From the NCBI GenBank assembly GCA_001785445.1, contig MFTV01000010.1, forward strand, positions 19,235-83,234: a stretch of 64,000 nt of DNA, given 5' to 3'. A program made the position numbers and the translations under genes. Under the pieces are notes generated by a model, which made no database searches, was not told where the DNA came from, and saw nothing but the letters and a program-made list of their open reading frames with translations. Of this stretch, positions 17,598-26,946 are shown one piece after another; position 1 is the first letter of the stretch, and each line of letters opens with the position of its first letter. The DNA is from Candidatus Nomurabacteria bacterium RIFCSPHIGHO2_02_40_30. GTDB taxonomy: Bacteria > Patescibacteriota > Minisyncoccia > Phycocordibacterales > UBA9973.

Positions 17598-19100
17598 ATG
17601 CCCAAGCCGAATCGAGTGCAGATAATAAAATATGGTCCGCCGCCGCCGGAGTTACCGGTCTTCGGAAAGGTTAAACCCGAAGACGTTTCTTTTATTGGGC
17701 GGACTAATTATGTGGCATCTCTCGAAGAAAAGAAATTTATTTTTGGCATTAAGCGCATAGACCGACGCAGGCATTTGTATATATTAGGGAAATCCGGTGT
17801 CGGCAAGAGCAAATTGCTCGAGCTTTTAATGCGCCAAGACATTACTTACAATCATGGACTTTGCCTGATTGATCCACATGGTGACGAACTTGAAGGAATA
17901 CTGGATTATATACCCAAAGAACGCATCGAAGATGTTTGCATTATTGACCCGACTGACGTTAATTTCCCGGCTTCTTTTAATCCGCTGGCGAACGTTGACC
18001 CGATGTTCAAGTTTCAGCTCACGCAAGGACTGATCGAAGTTTTTCAAAAACAATTCGGCGCCAACTGGACGCCTCGACTTGAGCACGTTTTCCGTTTCAC
18101 TTGTCTGGCGCTTTTGGATTATCCACATGCCACCATGCGTGGAATGATTTCCATGCTGACCGATAGAAATTACCGGCAGAAAGTGGTGGAGTATATTACG
18201 GATGACATGGTAAAAAGATTCTTCGCTATTGAATTCGCCGATTGGTCGGAAAAATTCGATACTGATGCGATTATTCCATTAGTTAACAAATTAGGGCAAT
18301 TTCTATCCGACCCCTTGCTTCGCAATATTTTCGGTCAAAAAGAAAATAAAATAGATATCAGCGAATTAATGAATCAGGAAAAAATAATTCTGATTAATAT
18401 TTCTAAAGGTCGGCTGGGAGAAGAAAATTCTTCTTTCCTCGGGTCAATCTTTCTCACTAAAATAAAACAAGCCGGTATGGAACGTGCCGCAATTCCGGAA
18501 AGAGAAAGAAAAGATTTCTATTTATATGTAGACGAGTTTCAAAATGTTGTTACCCAAACTTTTGAAAATATTTTATCGGAGGCCAGAAAATATGCCTTGA
18601 ATTTAACTATCGCGCACCAATATGTCGGACAGATTATTCCCAGAGTCCACCAAGCAGTGCTTGGTAATTGTGGTAGCGTGATTACTTTTCGCGTCGGCGG
18701 TGAAGACGCAGTCAAAATGAAACCTGAGTTTGCTCCGCTCTTTGATGTTAAGGACATGATCAATCTTGCCGTGACAGAGTTTTATATAAAAATGACTATT
18801 GACGGCGAATCTTACGACCCATTCTCGGCAGAAACCTTGAAAGTTTTGTCGCCAACTCATCCTTCATATAGAGAAGAAATAGTAGCCGCTTCTCACCGAA
18901 AATATTCGATACCGAAAGATGCCGCAGCCAAACTCATTGCCGAAGAAGAAGCCACTATCATTCGAAGTTCTGAGGAAAAAGCTATTATTGAAAGTAAAGC
19001 TAAGAGAAAAGAAAAAGAAAAAGGATTGGCAAGTGAAGAGGGAACAGCAGACACAAGTTCAAAAAAGAAAACTTCCCAAGAAGCTGAACCTATGATATAA
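17598..19100 (+). CDS. TraD/TraG/VirD4-family P-loop ATPase, paralog 2 (no zinc finger)
   Basis: YILGKSGVGKSKLLELL...DPHGDE, FYLYVDEFQNVV, and ARKYALNLTIAHQYVGQI...GNCGSVITFRVGGED. Colinear with the 11905 protein but lacks its CxxC tail. Confidence 0.75.
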   Translation: MPKPNRVQIIKYGPPPPELPVFGKVKPEDVSFIGRTNYVASLEEKKFIFGIKRIDRRRHLYILGKSGVGKSKLLELLMRQDITYNHGLCLIDPHGDELEGILDYIPKERIEDVCIIDPTDVNFPASFNPLANVDPMFKFQLTQGLIEVFQKQFGANWTPRLEHVFRFTCLALLDYPHATMRGMISMLTDRNYRQKVVEYITDDMVKRFFAIEFADWSEKFDTDAIIPLVNKLGQFLSDPLLRNIFGQKENKIDISELMNQEKIILINISKGRLGEENSSFLGSIFLTKIKQAGMERAAIPERERKDFYLYVDEFQNVVTQTFENILSEARKYALNLTIAHQYVGQIIPRVHQAVLGNCGSVITFRVGGEDAVKMKPEFAPLFDVKDMINLAVTEFYIKMTIDGESYDPFSAETLKVLSPTHPSYREEIVAASHRKYSIPKDAAAKLIAEEEATIIRSSEEKAIIESKAKRKEKEKGLASEEGTADTSSKKKTSQEAEPMI

Positions 19101-19115
19101 TGTCTTAATAAAGCC

Positions 19116-20213
19116 ATGAACAAAGACTACTACAACATATTAGGAGTAAATAAAAATGCTCCAAAAGAGGAAATCAAGAAGGCTTTTTATAAGCTGGCGC
19201 ATAAATATCACCCTGATAAAAAAGAGGGGAACGAAGCCAAGTTTAAACAAGTTAATGAGGCTTATCAAACTTTATCTGACGATGATAAACGAGCAAAGTA
19301 TGACCAATTTGGTCCGACGAATATGGATGGCGGCCACGCAGGACATCAGCAAGGTGGATTTGGCGGTTTTGATTTTAGTAATTTTTCAGGGGGCTTCCAG
19401 GACGGCAGTGCGAACTTTGACTTTGGCAACTTGAATGACATTTTTAGCGATTTTTTTACTGGTGGCATGGGAGAGGGCAGAAAGGAAGCTCGCCGCGGTC
19501 GAGATATCTCAACTGAAGTGCAAATTTCTTTTTCCGATTCTATTTTCGGTATTAATAGAAAAATTTTAATTACTAAAACCTCCAACTGTCTGACGTGTAA
19601 TGGTTCTGGCGCAAGGGCTGGCTCCAAAGTGGAAACCTGCAAACATTGCAATGGTCAAGGAAAGATTCGCGAATCTAAAAGAACTATTTTCGGCAATGTT
19701 GCCAGTACGAAAATCTGCGATACATGTTTGGGGACAGGCGAGGTACCGAAAGAATTATGTGAAAAATGCAAGGGTAAAGGCGTACTGCGCCGTGAAGAAG
19801 AAATCTCCATCACCATTCCAGCCGGCATACGCGACGGAGAAATGATTCGCATGACAGGTCATGGCGAAGCAATTTCCAAAGGCACAGCTGGAGACCTTTA
19901 TATTAAAATAAATGTGGCGCCGCATGCATTGTTCAAGCGCGAGGGTAATGATTTGGTTATGAATTTGAATTTAAAACTTTCCGACGCGCTTTTAGGCACA
20001 GAGTACCCAATTCAAACTCTAGACGGAGAAATCAAAGTTACTATTCCGGAAGGCGTTACCATCAATGAAATCTTGCGCGTGCGAGGCAAGGGCGTGCCTG
20101 TGTCTAAAAATAAACGTGGCGACCTATTGATTAAACTCAATATCAAACTTCCGTCAAAAATTTCTCGTACATCTCGCGCTCTCATAGAAGAACTCAAAAA
20201 AGAGGGGATATAA
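19116..20213 (+). CDS. dnaJ: Chaperone DnaJ (Hsp40)
   Basis: J-domain with HPD (YHPDKK), G/F-rich linker, four CxxCxGxG zinc-finger repeats (CLTCNGSG, CKHCNGQG, CDTCLGTG, CEKCKGKG), and a C-terminal substrate-binding domain. Confidence 0.9.
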   Translation: MNKDYYNILGVNKNAPKEEIKKAFYKLAHKYHPDKKEGNEAKFKQVNEAYQTLSDDDKRAKYDQFGPTNMDGGHAGHQQGGFGGFDFSNFSGGFQDGSANFDFGNLNDIFSDFFTGGMGEGRKEARRGRDISTEVQISFSDSIFGINRKILITKTSNCLTCNGSGARAGSKVETCKHCNGQGKIRESKRTIFGNVASTKICDTCLGTGEVPKELCEKCKGKGVLRREEEISITIPAGIRDGEMIRMTGHGEAISKGTAGDLYIKINVAPHALFKREGNDLVMNLNLKLSDALLGTEYPIQTLDGEIKVTIPEGVTINEILRVRGKGVPVSKNKRGDLLIKLNIKLPSKISRTSRALIEELKKEGI

Positions 20214-20216
20214 TTT

Positions 20217-20795
20217 ATGTTACCAGGACAAGTTGTTTATATTGGTTTACTTTTGCAGTTCATAGGGCAGATATCGTATATTGCAAGTATTTTTAGGGGA
20301 CATGCAAAACCTAACTTAGTTTCATGGTTTATTTGGATGTTGGCGCCCATGATTGGTTTCTTTTTTCTGGTTCAAGCTGGAGCAGGGTTCTCTGCTCTAC
20401 CTATTTTCATGGCTGGTTTTGGACCTGCTATAATTATTCTTTTTTCAATTTTTATTAAAAATGGATACTGGAAAATAAATGCTTTTGATTTATATTGTGG
20501 GGCTCTCGCTCTTCTTGCGTTGATATTCTATGTTGTTACTCATAACTTGGGTATCTCAATTATTTTTGCCATGTTGAGTGATAGTTTGGCCGCTGTTCCA
20601 ACTATTGTAAAATCATGGAAGTTTCCTGAGACAGAAAGTGGTCTACTCTTTTTTCTCGCAATGTTATCGAATATTCTTGGATTGCTTACAATTAAAGTCT
20701 GGTCTTTCTCAATATCCATATTCGGTATTTTTGTTGTAATTCAATGCGTTGTTATATTATTTTGTATTTATAGAAAAAAGATTTTCAAATTTTAG
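20217..20795 (+). CDS. Hypothetical integral membrane protein (about 6 TM)
   Basis: 192 aa, highly hydrophobic with several predicted TM helices. No recognisable family. Confidence 0.5.
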   Translation: MLPGQVVYIGLLLQFIGQISYIASIFRGHAKPNLVSWFIWMLAPMIGFFFLVQAGAGFSALPIFMAGFGPAIIILFSIFIKNGYWKINAFDLYCGALALLALIFYVVTHNLGISIIFAMLSDSLAAVPTIVKSWKFPETESGLLFFLAMLSNILGLLTIKVWSFSISIFGIFVVIQCVVILFCIYRKKIFKF

Positions 20796-22167
20796 AAATT
20801 TTTTGCCCTTCGGCTGTATCTTTTATTTCGTAGCCCAGAGAATTAATTTTTCCTCTTAATTCATCAGATTTTTTGAAATCTTTTTCTTTGCGTGCTTGCT
20901 CACGTTCTTCTACCAATTTCAAAACTTCTTCGGGTATTATTTTTTCTTTCAAGTCTGCAAAACCGAGTCCAAGAACTTTATCAAAGTCTAACACTGTGGC
21001 CTTTTTGTCGGCATCTGAAATTTTTTCATCTTTGATTACATCCCAAAGAATCGTTAATGCTCGGGGTGTGTCTAGGTCGTCAGCTAGGTATCCTTGGAAT
21101 TTTTGCTGGGACTCCTTATTTATTTTGCCCACCTTTTTCCCTAGGGCCGTGTAGAGCCCGTAGAGCCTTTTTAGGGCTATTTCGGCGCCTTCCAAGGCTT
21201 CCCAGACGAAATTTACCCTTGTCCTGTAGTTTGCCATCAACAGCCAGAATCTATAAGCTACAGGGTCTATGTCTCTTTCGATTACATCCCTCAAAGTGTA
21301 GAAATTGTTCTCGGATTTTGCCATTTTTTTCTGGTCTACAAGGACCCACTCATTATGCATCCAGTATTTTACAAATTGCTTGCCGGTCGCGCCTTCGGAC
21401 TGGGCTATTTCGTTTTCATGATGAGGAAATATATTGTCTACTCCGCCAGTGTGAATATCTAACTGCTTTCCTAGATTTTTCATGGACATTGCCGAACATT
21501 CTATGTGCCAGCCTGGACGGCCCTTGCCTAGTTCTGTCTCCCAAAAAACATCTCCGTCCTTTGAGTCCCACGCTTTCCAGAGCGCGAAGTCCTGCGCATT
21601 TTCTTTGTCATACTCGTCTTTTTTTATTCTACTCATTCTGCCAGCGGCATTTTCTTTCTGGTTTTCCAAAACTAGGTGTGAGAGTTTTCCGTAATTTTTA
21701 AACTTTTTAATATCAAAATAGACACTATCGTCCTCGCTTTTGTAGGCGAGTTTTTTGTCCAGCAATTTTTTTATGATTTCTACCATCTCGGGGGTGTAGT
21801 CGGTAGCTTTGGTGAATTTAGTAGGGTTCTCTATGTGGAGAGACTTAATATCTTTTAAAAATTCTTGCGTATAGAATTCCGTAAATTCTTTTAAGGACTT
21901 TTTTTCTTTTTGCGATTCACGAATAGTTTTGTCGTCAATGTCTGTCAGGTTCATGACGTGCTTCACTTTGTACCCACCATATTGCAACACTCTTTTCAAA
22001 ATGTCAGCAAAAACATAGGCGCGATAGTTCCCGATGTGGGGATAGTTATAAACTGTCGGTCCACAACTGTACATATGTACTTCGTCTTTATCAATAGGGG
22101 AGAAGACTTCTTTTTCGCGTGAAAGGGTATTATATAGTAGGATTTTGTGCATTTTCTTTGAATTCAT
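20785..22167 (-). CDS. cysS: Cysteinyl-tRNA synthetase
   Basis: Class I motifs: HIGN (YPHIGNYRAYVFADIL) and KMAKS (KMSKS-type). Length and internal cysteines are consistent with CysRS. Confidence 0.9.
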   Translation of the reverse strand: MNSKKMHKILLYNTLSREKEVFSPIDKDEVHMYSCGPTVYNYPHIGNYRAYVFADILKRVLQYGGYKVKHVMNLTDIDDKTIRESQKEKKSLKEFTEFYTQEFLKDIKSLHIENPTKFTKATDYTPEMVEIIKKLLDKKLAYKSEDDSVYFDIKKFKNYGKLSHLVLENQKENAAGRMSRIKKDEYDKENAQDFALWKAWDSKDGDVFWETELGKGRPGWHIECSAMSMKNLGKQLDIHTGGVDNIFPHHENEIAQSEGATGKQFVKYWMHNEWVLVDQKKMAKSENNFYTLRDVIERDIDPVAYRFWLLMANYRTRVNFVWEALEGAEIALKRLYGLYTALGKKVGKINKESQQKFQGYLADDLDTPRALTILWDVIKDEKISDADKKATVLDFDKVLGLGFADLKEKIIPEEVLKLVEEREQARKEKDFKKSDELRGKINSLGYEIKDTAEGQKISKI

Positions 22168-23206
22168 TTCTATATATCGAAATAAGAGTATAAAGCATAC
22201 TTACGGATAGTGGCCCTATTAAGATACCTATCGGCCCCAAAAGTGAAATTCCACCAAGGACCGAAAACAGAATAAAAAGCGCAGGTATATTTATTTTTTT
22301 ACCGACAATAAGTGGGCCTAGAAAGTTATCAATAGTTCCTACTAAAATCACCGCCCACAGCAAAAGGCCAAAAGCCGAAGTCGTGTTGCCTGCAGTGAAA
22401 AGAAAAATAATAGCAGGAACAGAAACCAGGGCAGTGCCGAAAGTTGGGATGAGAGACATAAATGCAGCCACTAAACCCCAAAGGGCACCATTGGGAATAT
22501 TAAAAATCCAAAATCCAACCCCCAAAAGCGTTCCTTGGATGACAGCTATTAAGAGAGATCCCTTTATAACACTATTTACAGCCTGAGTTAATCTAGCAAT
22601 TATTTTTTCATCGTCTTTATCAGAAAGAGGGGACAGCATAATCACAGCTTTTTTCCATTTTGTGCCGTCTTTTAAAAAATAAAAGATAATTAAAAGCATT
22701 AACATAAATGAAAAGAAGGCAGAAATTGTAGTGCTAAATATGTTTGCTATATTATTTGATACGTAAGAAACAAAACTTGCAGCTTTCTCGTTTATATCAA
22801 AAACTATGCTAGAGGGCAGTATTTTGTTCACGGCAGTATTTATTGAAGTCATAAATGGTCCGGTACTTTTATTGTCTACAACTTGGTGGTATATATCTTG
22901 GCTTTGATTAAAAACTAAGACACCAGTGCCCAAAATCGGCCCGCATAAAACTAGAGCAAAAATAAAAACAGTTAAAAGAGCAGAGAGCCAATTGGGTAAT
23001 TTATTTTTGTTGAACCATTGATGTAAGGGGTAAAGCACAATAGCGAAAGATAGTCCTAATACTATAACCACCCAAAAAGGTTGAAAAATAAAAAAAGTAA
23101 AAATAAGAGTTGCTAGCAAGAGCCCAAAGAAGAAATATCTTTCAATGATTTTCGTTTGCATATAAGGACATTGTACCACAAGCCTTGCATTTTGGGAAAA
23201 ATTCAT
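22130..23206 (-). CDS. AI-2E family transporter (UPF0118/PerM-like permease)
   Basis: 358 aa with about 8 TM helices and a large central loop. Its topology and length resemble AI-2E/TqsA family permeases. The assignment is from overall pattern only. Confidence 0.55.
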   Translation of the reverse strand: MNFSQNARLVVQCPYMQTKIIERYFFFGLLLATLIFTFFIFQPFWVVIVLGLSFAIVLYPLHQWFNKNKLPNWLSALLTVFIFALVLCGPILGTGVLVFNQSQDIYHQVVDNKSTGPFMTSINTAVNKILPSSIVFDINEKAASFVSYVSNNIANIFSTTISAFFSFMLMLLIIFYFLKDGTKWKKAVIMLSPLSDKDDEKIIARLTQAVNSVIKGSLLIAVIQGTLLGVGFWIFNIPNGALWGLVAAFMSLIPTFGTALVSVPAIIFLFTAGNTTSAFGLLLWAVILVGTIDNFLGPLIVGKKINIPALFILFSVLGGISLLGPIGILIGPLSVSMLYTLISIYRNEFKENAQNPTI

Positions 23207-23220
23207 ATAATATAAGCCCT

Positions 23221-23547
23221 ATGAATAAAGAGGAATTCGCAGTTATACAGACAGGTGGCAAGCAATACAAGGTCTCAAAGGGAGGCTTTCTTTCTATTGA
23301 AAAGATAACAGGAGAATACAAAAAAGGCGATAAATTATCTTTTGACAAAGTCTTGCTCGTAGATGACGGTAAGGACACGACCATAGGCACACCTTATATC
23401 AAGGGCGCTAAAGTGGAAGGAGAATTGGTAGAAATCGGCCGTGCTCGAAAAATCCTAGTTGTAAAATATAAACAGAAATCTCGCTACCTCCGCCGCAACG
23501 GTCACCGCCAGCCATTTTTCAAAGTGAAAATTATTTCTATAAAATAA
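23221..23547 (+). CDS. rplU: 50S ribosomal protein L21
   Basis: Start at internal ATG 23221 (MNKEEFAVIQTGGKQYKVSKGGFLSIEKI...). Matches L21 ([24 protein letters not shown]). Basic C-terminus. Confidence 0.8.
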   Translation: MNKEEFAVIQTGGKQYKVSKGGFLSIEKITGEYKKGDKLSFDKVLLVDDGKDTTIGTPYIKGAKVEGELVEIGRARKILVVKYKQKSRYLRRNGHRQPFFKVKIISIK

Positions 23548-23557
23548 ATAAAAAAAT

Positions 23558-23584
23558 CCCTAATTGGGATTTTTTTATTGCCGA
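23558..23584. terminator. Bidirectional hairpin between rplU and recR
   Basis: aaaaaaatccc-taattg-gggattttttt gives an 11-bp stem with A/T runs on both sides. It lies between the convergent gene ends. Confidence 0.5.
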
Positions 23585-24195
23585 TTCTTTAATGCATTTT
23601 TGAGGGTGTCGTTGTCGGAATATTCGAGTTCGGTACCTGTCGAGAGGCCACGGCCGAGGGAAGAGATTTTTACTGTTTGTTTTTCGGATACGTCTTTTAT
23701 TTGTTCTCGTACATATTGGTCTGTATGGTCGCCTTGTGGGCTTAGTGAAAAGGCCAAAATTATTTCGCTTAATTTATTTGGTTCTTTGCTTCCAGAAATT
23801 TTTTGTTTCAATTCTTCGATTCGAATTCTACTTTTAGTAGTTTTCTCTACTATAGGGACTAGCCCACCCAATATAAAATATTTGCCATGATACATTCGGC
23901 TTTTTTTCACACTTTCTAAATCAGAATCTTTTTCTACTACGAGTAGGGTAGATGAGTCTGCATTTACATTGCTACAAATATCACACAATTTTTCTTTTTT
24001 ATTATTTAAAATAAAAAACCTAAAACATTCTCCACATTGTGCCACTTCTTTTTTCAAATCCAAAATCAGCCCCGATAAATTTTCATTGTAGGCGGGAGTT
24101 CTCGACATTAAAAAATAAACAAAACGCTTCGCTTGGCGTTCTCCAATCCCCGGAAACTCTTTAAAAATTTCAGCCAATTTTTCTATAATATCCAT
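23575..24195 (-). CDS. recR: Recombination protein RecR
   Basis: N-terminal helix-hairpin-helix (FPGIGERQAKRFVYFL), C4 zinc finger (CGECFRF...CDIC), and a Toprim domain. Confidence 0.9.
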   Translation of the reverse strand: MDIIEKLAEIFKEFPGIGERQAKRFVYFLMSRTPAYNENLSGLILDLKKEVAQCGECFRFFILNNKKEKLCDICSNVNADSSTLLVVEKDSDLESVKKSRMYHGKYFILGGLVPIVEKTTKSRIRIEELKQKISGSKEPNKLSEIILAFSLSPQGDHTDQYVREQIKDVSEKQTVKISSLGRGLSTGTELEYSDNDTLKNALKNRQ

Positions 24196-24213
24196 TAGAC
24201 AAGCATTATATCA

Positions 24214-25614
24214 TTAGAATTCATCCAAGTCCCCTTTAACTTTCGAAGCAGAAAATTCACTAATGTTACTTTTTTCCAATGTTAGGAATGTTGTCGTTTT
24301 TTCGTCAAAATATAGGTCGATTTTACCAGTCGGACCATTGCGGTGTTTTTCAATTAAGATTTCGGCGATATTTGTTTTTTCAGATTCCTCTTTTCCTTTG
24401 TCGTCTCGGTGAATGAACATTACCACATCCGCGTCCTGTTCTATACTTCCAGAGTCACGCAGATCTGAGAGACGAGGCTTGCCACCACGAGCTTCCACAG
24501 CGCGAGACAGCTGAGATAAGGCAAGTACTGGTACATCGAGCTCTTTGGCCAAGCTTTTGAGCGAACGGGAAATTTCTGTCACTTGGTTTACCATGCTATC
24601 GTAATTTTTTGAGGTTGTCATTAATTGCAAGTAATCTACGACTATGAGGTCAAGCCCTTTTTCTGCTTTTAGTCTGCGGGAAAGTGCTTTCATTCGTACG
24701 ATAGAGTTTCCCGGTTGGTCGTCAATATAAATTTTAGCTTTTGCTAACTTGTCCAGTGAGTCACGAAGTTGCGAAAATTCTCGGTCGGAAGAAAGCCGGC
24801 CGGTGCGCAAATTCCAAGCATTCACTCGGCTCTCGGCAGAGAGCATTCTGTCCACCAATTGCTGGGAAGACATTTCCAGAGAAAATATAACCACTGATTT
24901 TTCATGGATGACTGATGTCATGCGTGCGATATCTAGCGCAAGCGTGGTCTTACCCATACTTGGGCGAGCTGCGATAATAATCAAGTCGGACTTTTGTAAA
25001 CCAGAGAGCATCAAATCCAAATCTTTAAATCCAGTTGGCAGTCCTCTCAGCATGCCTTTGTTTTCGTGTAGTTTTTCCAAGCGTTCATAAGCTTCCGGCA
25101 AGGCATCTTTTAAATTCACAAATTTTTGATTTTTTGGAGAGGAGACCACGCTAAAAATTTTCTTTTCAGCCATGTCGAGGATGTCGTCCATGTGGTCGTC
25201 GCCTTCTTCAAAGGCGAGTTCAGACACATAGTCAGCAGCTTCTATTAAACTCCTCAAGACATATTTTTTCTGCACTATGTCAGCATAGTGTTTTACGTTG
25301 GTGGAAGAGGGAACGACATTTACTATTTCCGCCAGATACTGATTGCCTCCGACTTGTTCAAGTAATTTTTGCTCTCCGAGCTTGGTAGAAAGAGAGAGCA
25401 TATCTATCGGCTCATTTTTTACCGACAAATCAAGCATCGCTTGGAAAATTTTCTTATGCTTCTCAACATAAAAAGATTCTGATGTTATCATGTCTTCCAC
25501 TTCATGCATTGCATCTTTACGGAGCATAATAGATCCCAAGACTGCTTGTTCGGATTCGATGCTCTGGGGAGGTATACGCAGATTGTTTTGTTTATTTTTT
25601 ATGACTTTCGGCAT
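24214..25614 (-). CDS. dnaB: Replicative DNA helicase DnaB
   Basis: N-terminal DnaB domain, Walker A IIAARPSMGKTTLAL, and RecA-like motifs (VVDYLQLM, HRDD). Confidence 0.9.
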   Translation of the reverse strand: MPKVIKNKQNNLRIPPQSIESEQAVLGSIMLRKDAMHEVEDMITSESFYVEKHKKIFQAMLDLSVKNEPIDMLSLSTKLGEQKLLEQVGGNQYLAEIVNVVPSSTNVKHYADIVQKKYVLRSLIEAADYVSELAFEEGDDHMDDILDMAEKKIFSVVSSPKNQKFVNLKDALPEAYERLEKLHENKGMLRGLPTGFKDLDLMLSGLQKSDLIIIAARPSMGKTTLALDIARMTSVIHEKSVVIFSLEMSSQQLVDRMLSAESRVNAWNLRTGRLSSDREFSQLRDSLDKLAKAKIYIDDQPGNSIVRMKALSRRLKAEKGLDLIVVDYLQLMTTSKNYDSMVNQVTEISRSLKSLAKELDVPVLALSQLSRAVEARGGKPRLSDLRDSGSIEQDADVVMFIHRDDKGKEESEKTNIAEILIEKHRNGPTGKIDLYFDEKTTTFLTLEKSNISEFSASKVKGDLDEF

Positions 25615-25694
25615 AAATTTATTCTCTACTATGCTAACAGTGTTGTCAAAGATTTAAGTTGATAAGACTGTTACTAAAATGTTAATATAGCCAT

Positions 25695-26645
25695 ATGTCT
25701 AAAAAGGTATTTTTATCGGGGATTCAGCCTTCAGGAAAACCACATATTGGCAACTATTTTGGCATGATGAAGCAGTTATTGGGCCAGCCGGAAGATTATG
25801 AGGTCTATGTTTTGATAGTTGACTACCATGCAATGAAATCTGTTAGGGATTCGAAAGAAATGAAAGAAAATATTATAGCGGTTGTGCTGGATTATTTAGC
25901 CTTGGGTCTTGATCCAAACAAAGTTACTTTTTTTAAACAAAGCGATGTTTCAGAGCATACTGAGCTCTGCTGGATTTTCGACACTATCACCACTATGCCG
26001 TATTTGATGCGCGCCCATGCTTTTAAAGATGCAGAAGCCAAGAATAAAGAAATAGATGTAGGTACCTTTAACTACCCGATGCTTATGGCTGCAGACATCC
26101 TGCTTTATGGTCCGGACATAATACCAGTGGGGGCTGACCAAAAACAACACATTGAAATTGCACGAGATACAGCTTTGAAATTCAACAACACTTACGGAGA
26201 AACTTTCAAACTACCCGAAGCCATGATTATGAAAGAAGTAGCAATAATTCCGGGCACAGACGGGCAGAAAATGTCTAAAAGTTATAACAACACTATTCCG
26301 CTTTTCGCCGAGTACGAGGAAATTAAAAAAGCGGTGATGAGCATAGTGACAGACTCTAGAGGCGGAGTGCCACAAAATGTTTTTGCTATACACAAACTAT
26401 TTCGCAATGAAAATGAATTAAATAAAATTTATGCAGAAAAAGCCGGCAAGTACAAAGAGCTGAAAGAACTTCTTGTGGAAGATTTAGAGAAATTTATTGC
26501 CCCACTTAGAGAAAAGCGTAAAGAATTTGCCAAAGACATTCCAAAAGCACTTGCCATACTTAAAGCGGGGGGTGAAAAAGCCAAAAAAGTTGCTTCCGCC
26601 AAAATGGACGAAGTCCGAGAGAAAATCGGTGTAAGTGTATACTAA
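25695..26645 (+). CDS. trpS: Tryptophanyl-tRNA synthetase
   Basis: Class I HIGN (SGKPHIGNYFG) and KMSKS. The roughly 316-aa length fits TrpRS. Confidence 0.9.
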   Translation: MSKKVFLSGIQPSGKPHIGNYFGMMKQLLGQPEDYEVYVLIVDYHAMKSVRDSKEMKENIIAVVLDYLALGLDPNKVTFFKQSDVSEHTELCWIFDTITTMPYLMRAHAFKDAEAKNKEIDVGTFNYPMLMAADILLYGPDIIPVGADQKQHIEIARDTALKFNNTYGETFKLPEAMIMKEVAIIPGTDGQKMSKSYNNTIPLFAEYEEIKKAVMSIVTDSRGGVPQNVFAIHKLFRNENELNKIYAEKAGKYKELKELLVEDLEKFIAPLREKRKEFAKDIPKALAILKAGGEKAKKVASAKMDEVREKIGVSVY

Positions 26646-26649
26646 AACA

Positions 26650-26946
26650 ATGAAGCACAATCGTCAAAAAGTTTTTGAATACAAAAAAGAATTGGTGGAA
26701 GTTTTTTCTAAGTTATCTGGGAATAAAGAGTTTATAGACATCTTTTTAAAAGACATTCTTACGCCTAACGAATTTGAAACCTTGGCTCTACGGTGGCAGA
26801 TAGTCAAGAAATTAAATAAGGGAGAAGACCATAGGTCTATAGTAGGGGATTTGGGTCTTGGAATGAGTACTGTTACTAGGGGGTCTCGCATGCTTCGCAA
26901 CAAAAATGGTGGGTTCAATGTAATGTTGAAAAAGTTTGGCAAATAA
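26650..26946 (+). CDS. TrpR/YerC-family (Trp repressor-like) small DNA-binding protein
   Basis: ...DILTPNEFETLALRWQIVKKLNKGEDHRSIVGDLGLGMSTVTRGSRMLRN matches the TrpR-like helix-turn-helix pattern (LTPxExxxLxxRxxI...L..G..SQREI...LG.SIATITRGS). A GTG at 26635 could extend it by 5 aa. Sits immediately downstream of trpS. Confidence 0.6.
   Translation: MKHNRQKVFEYKKELVEVFSKLSGNKEFIDIFLKDILTPNEFETLALRWQIVKKLNKGEDHRSIVGDLGLGMSTVTRGSRMLRNKNGGFNVMLKKFGK

Noticed and set aside
21057-21701. 214-aa ORF antisense to cysS
   Set aside because: Entirely contained within cysS on the opposite strand, with Arg/Leu/Ser/Pro-rich low-complexity translation. Spurious.
23564-23890. 108-aa ORF antisense to recR
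   Set aside because: Overlaps recR completely. No ribosome-binding site. Spurious.
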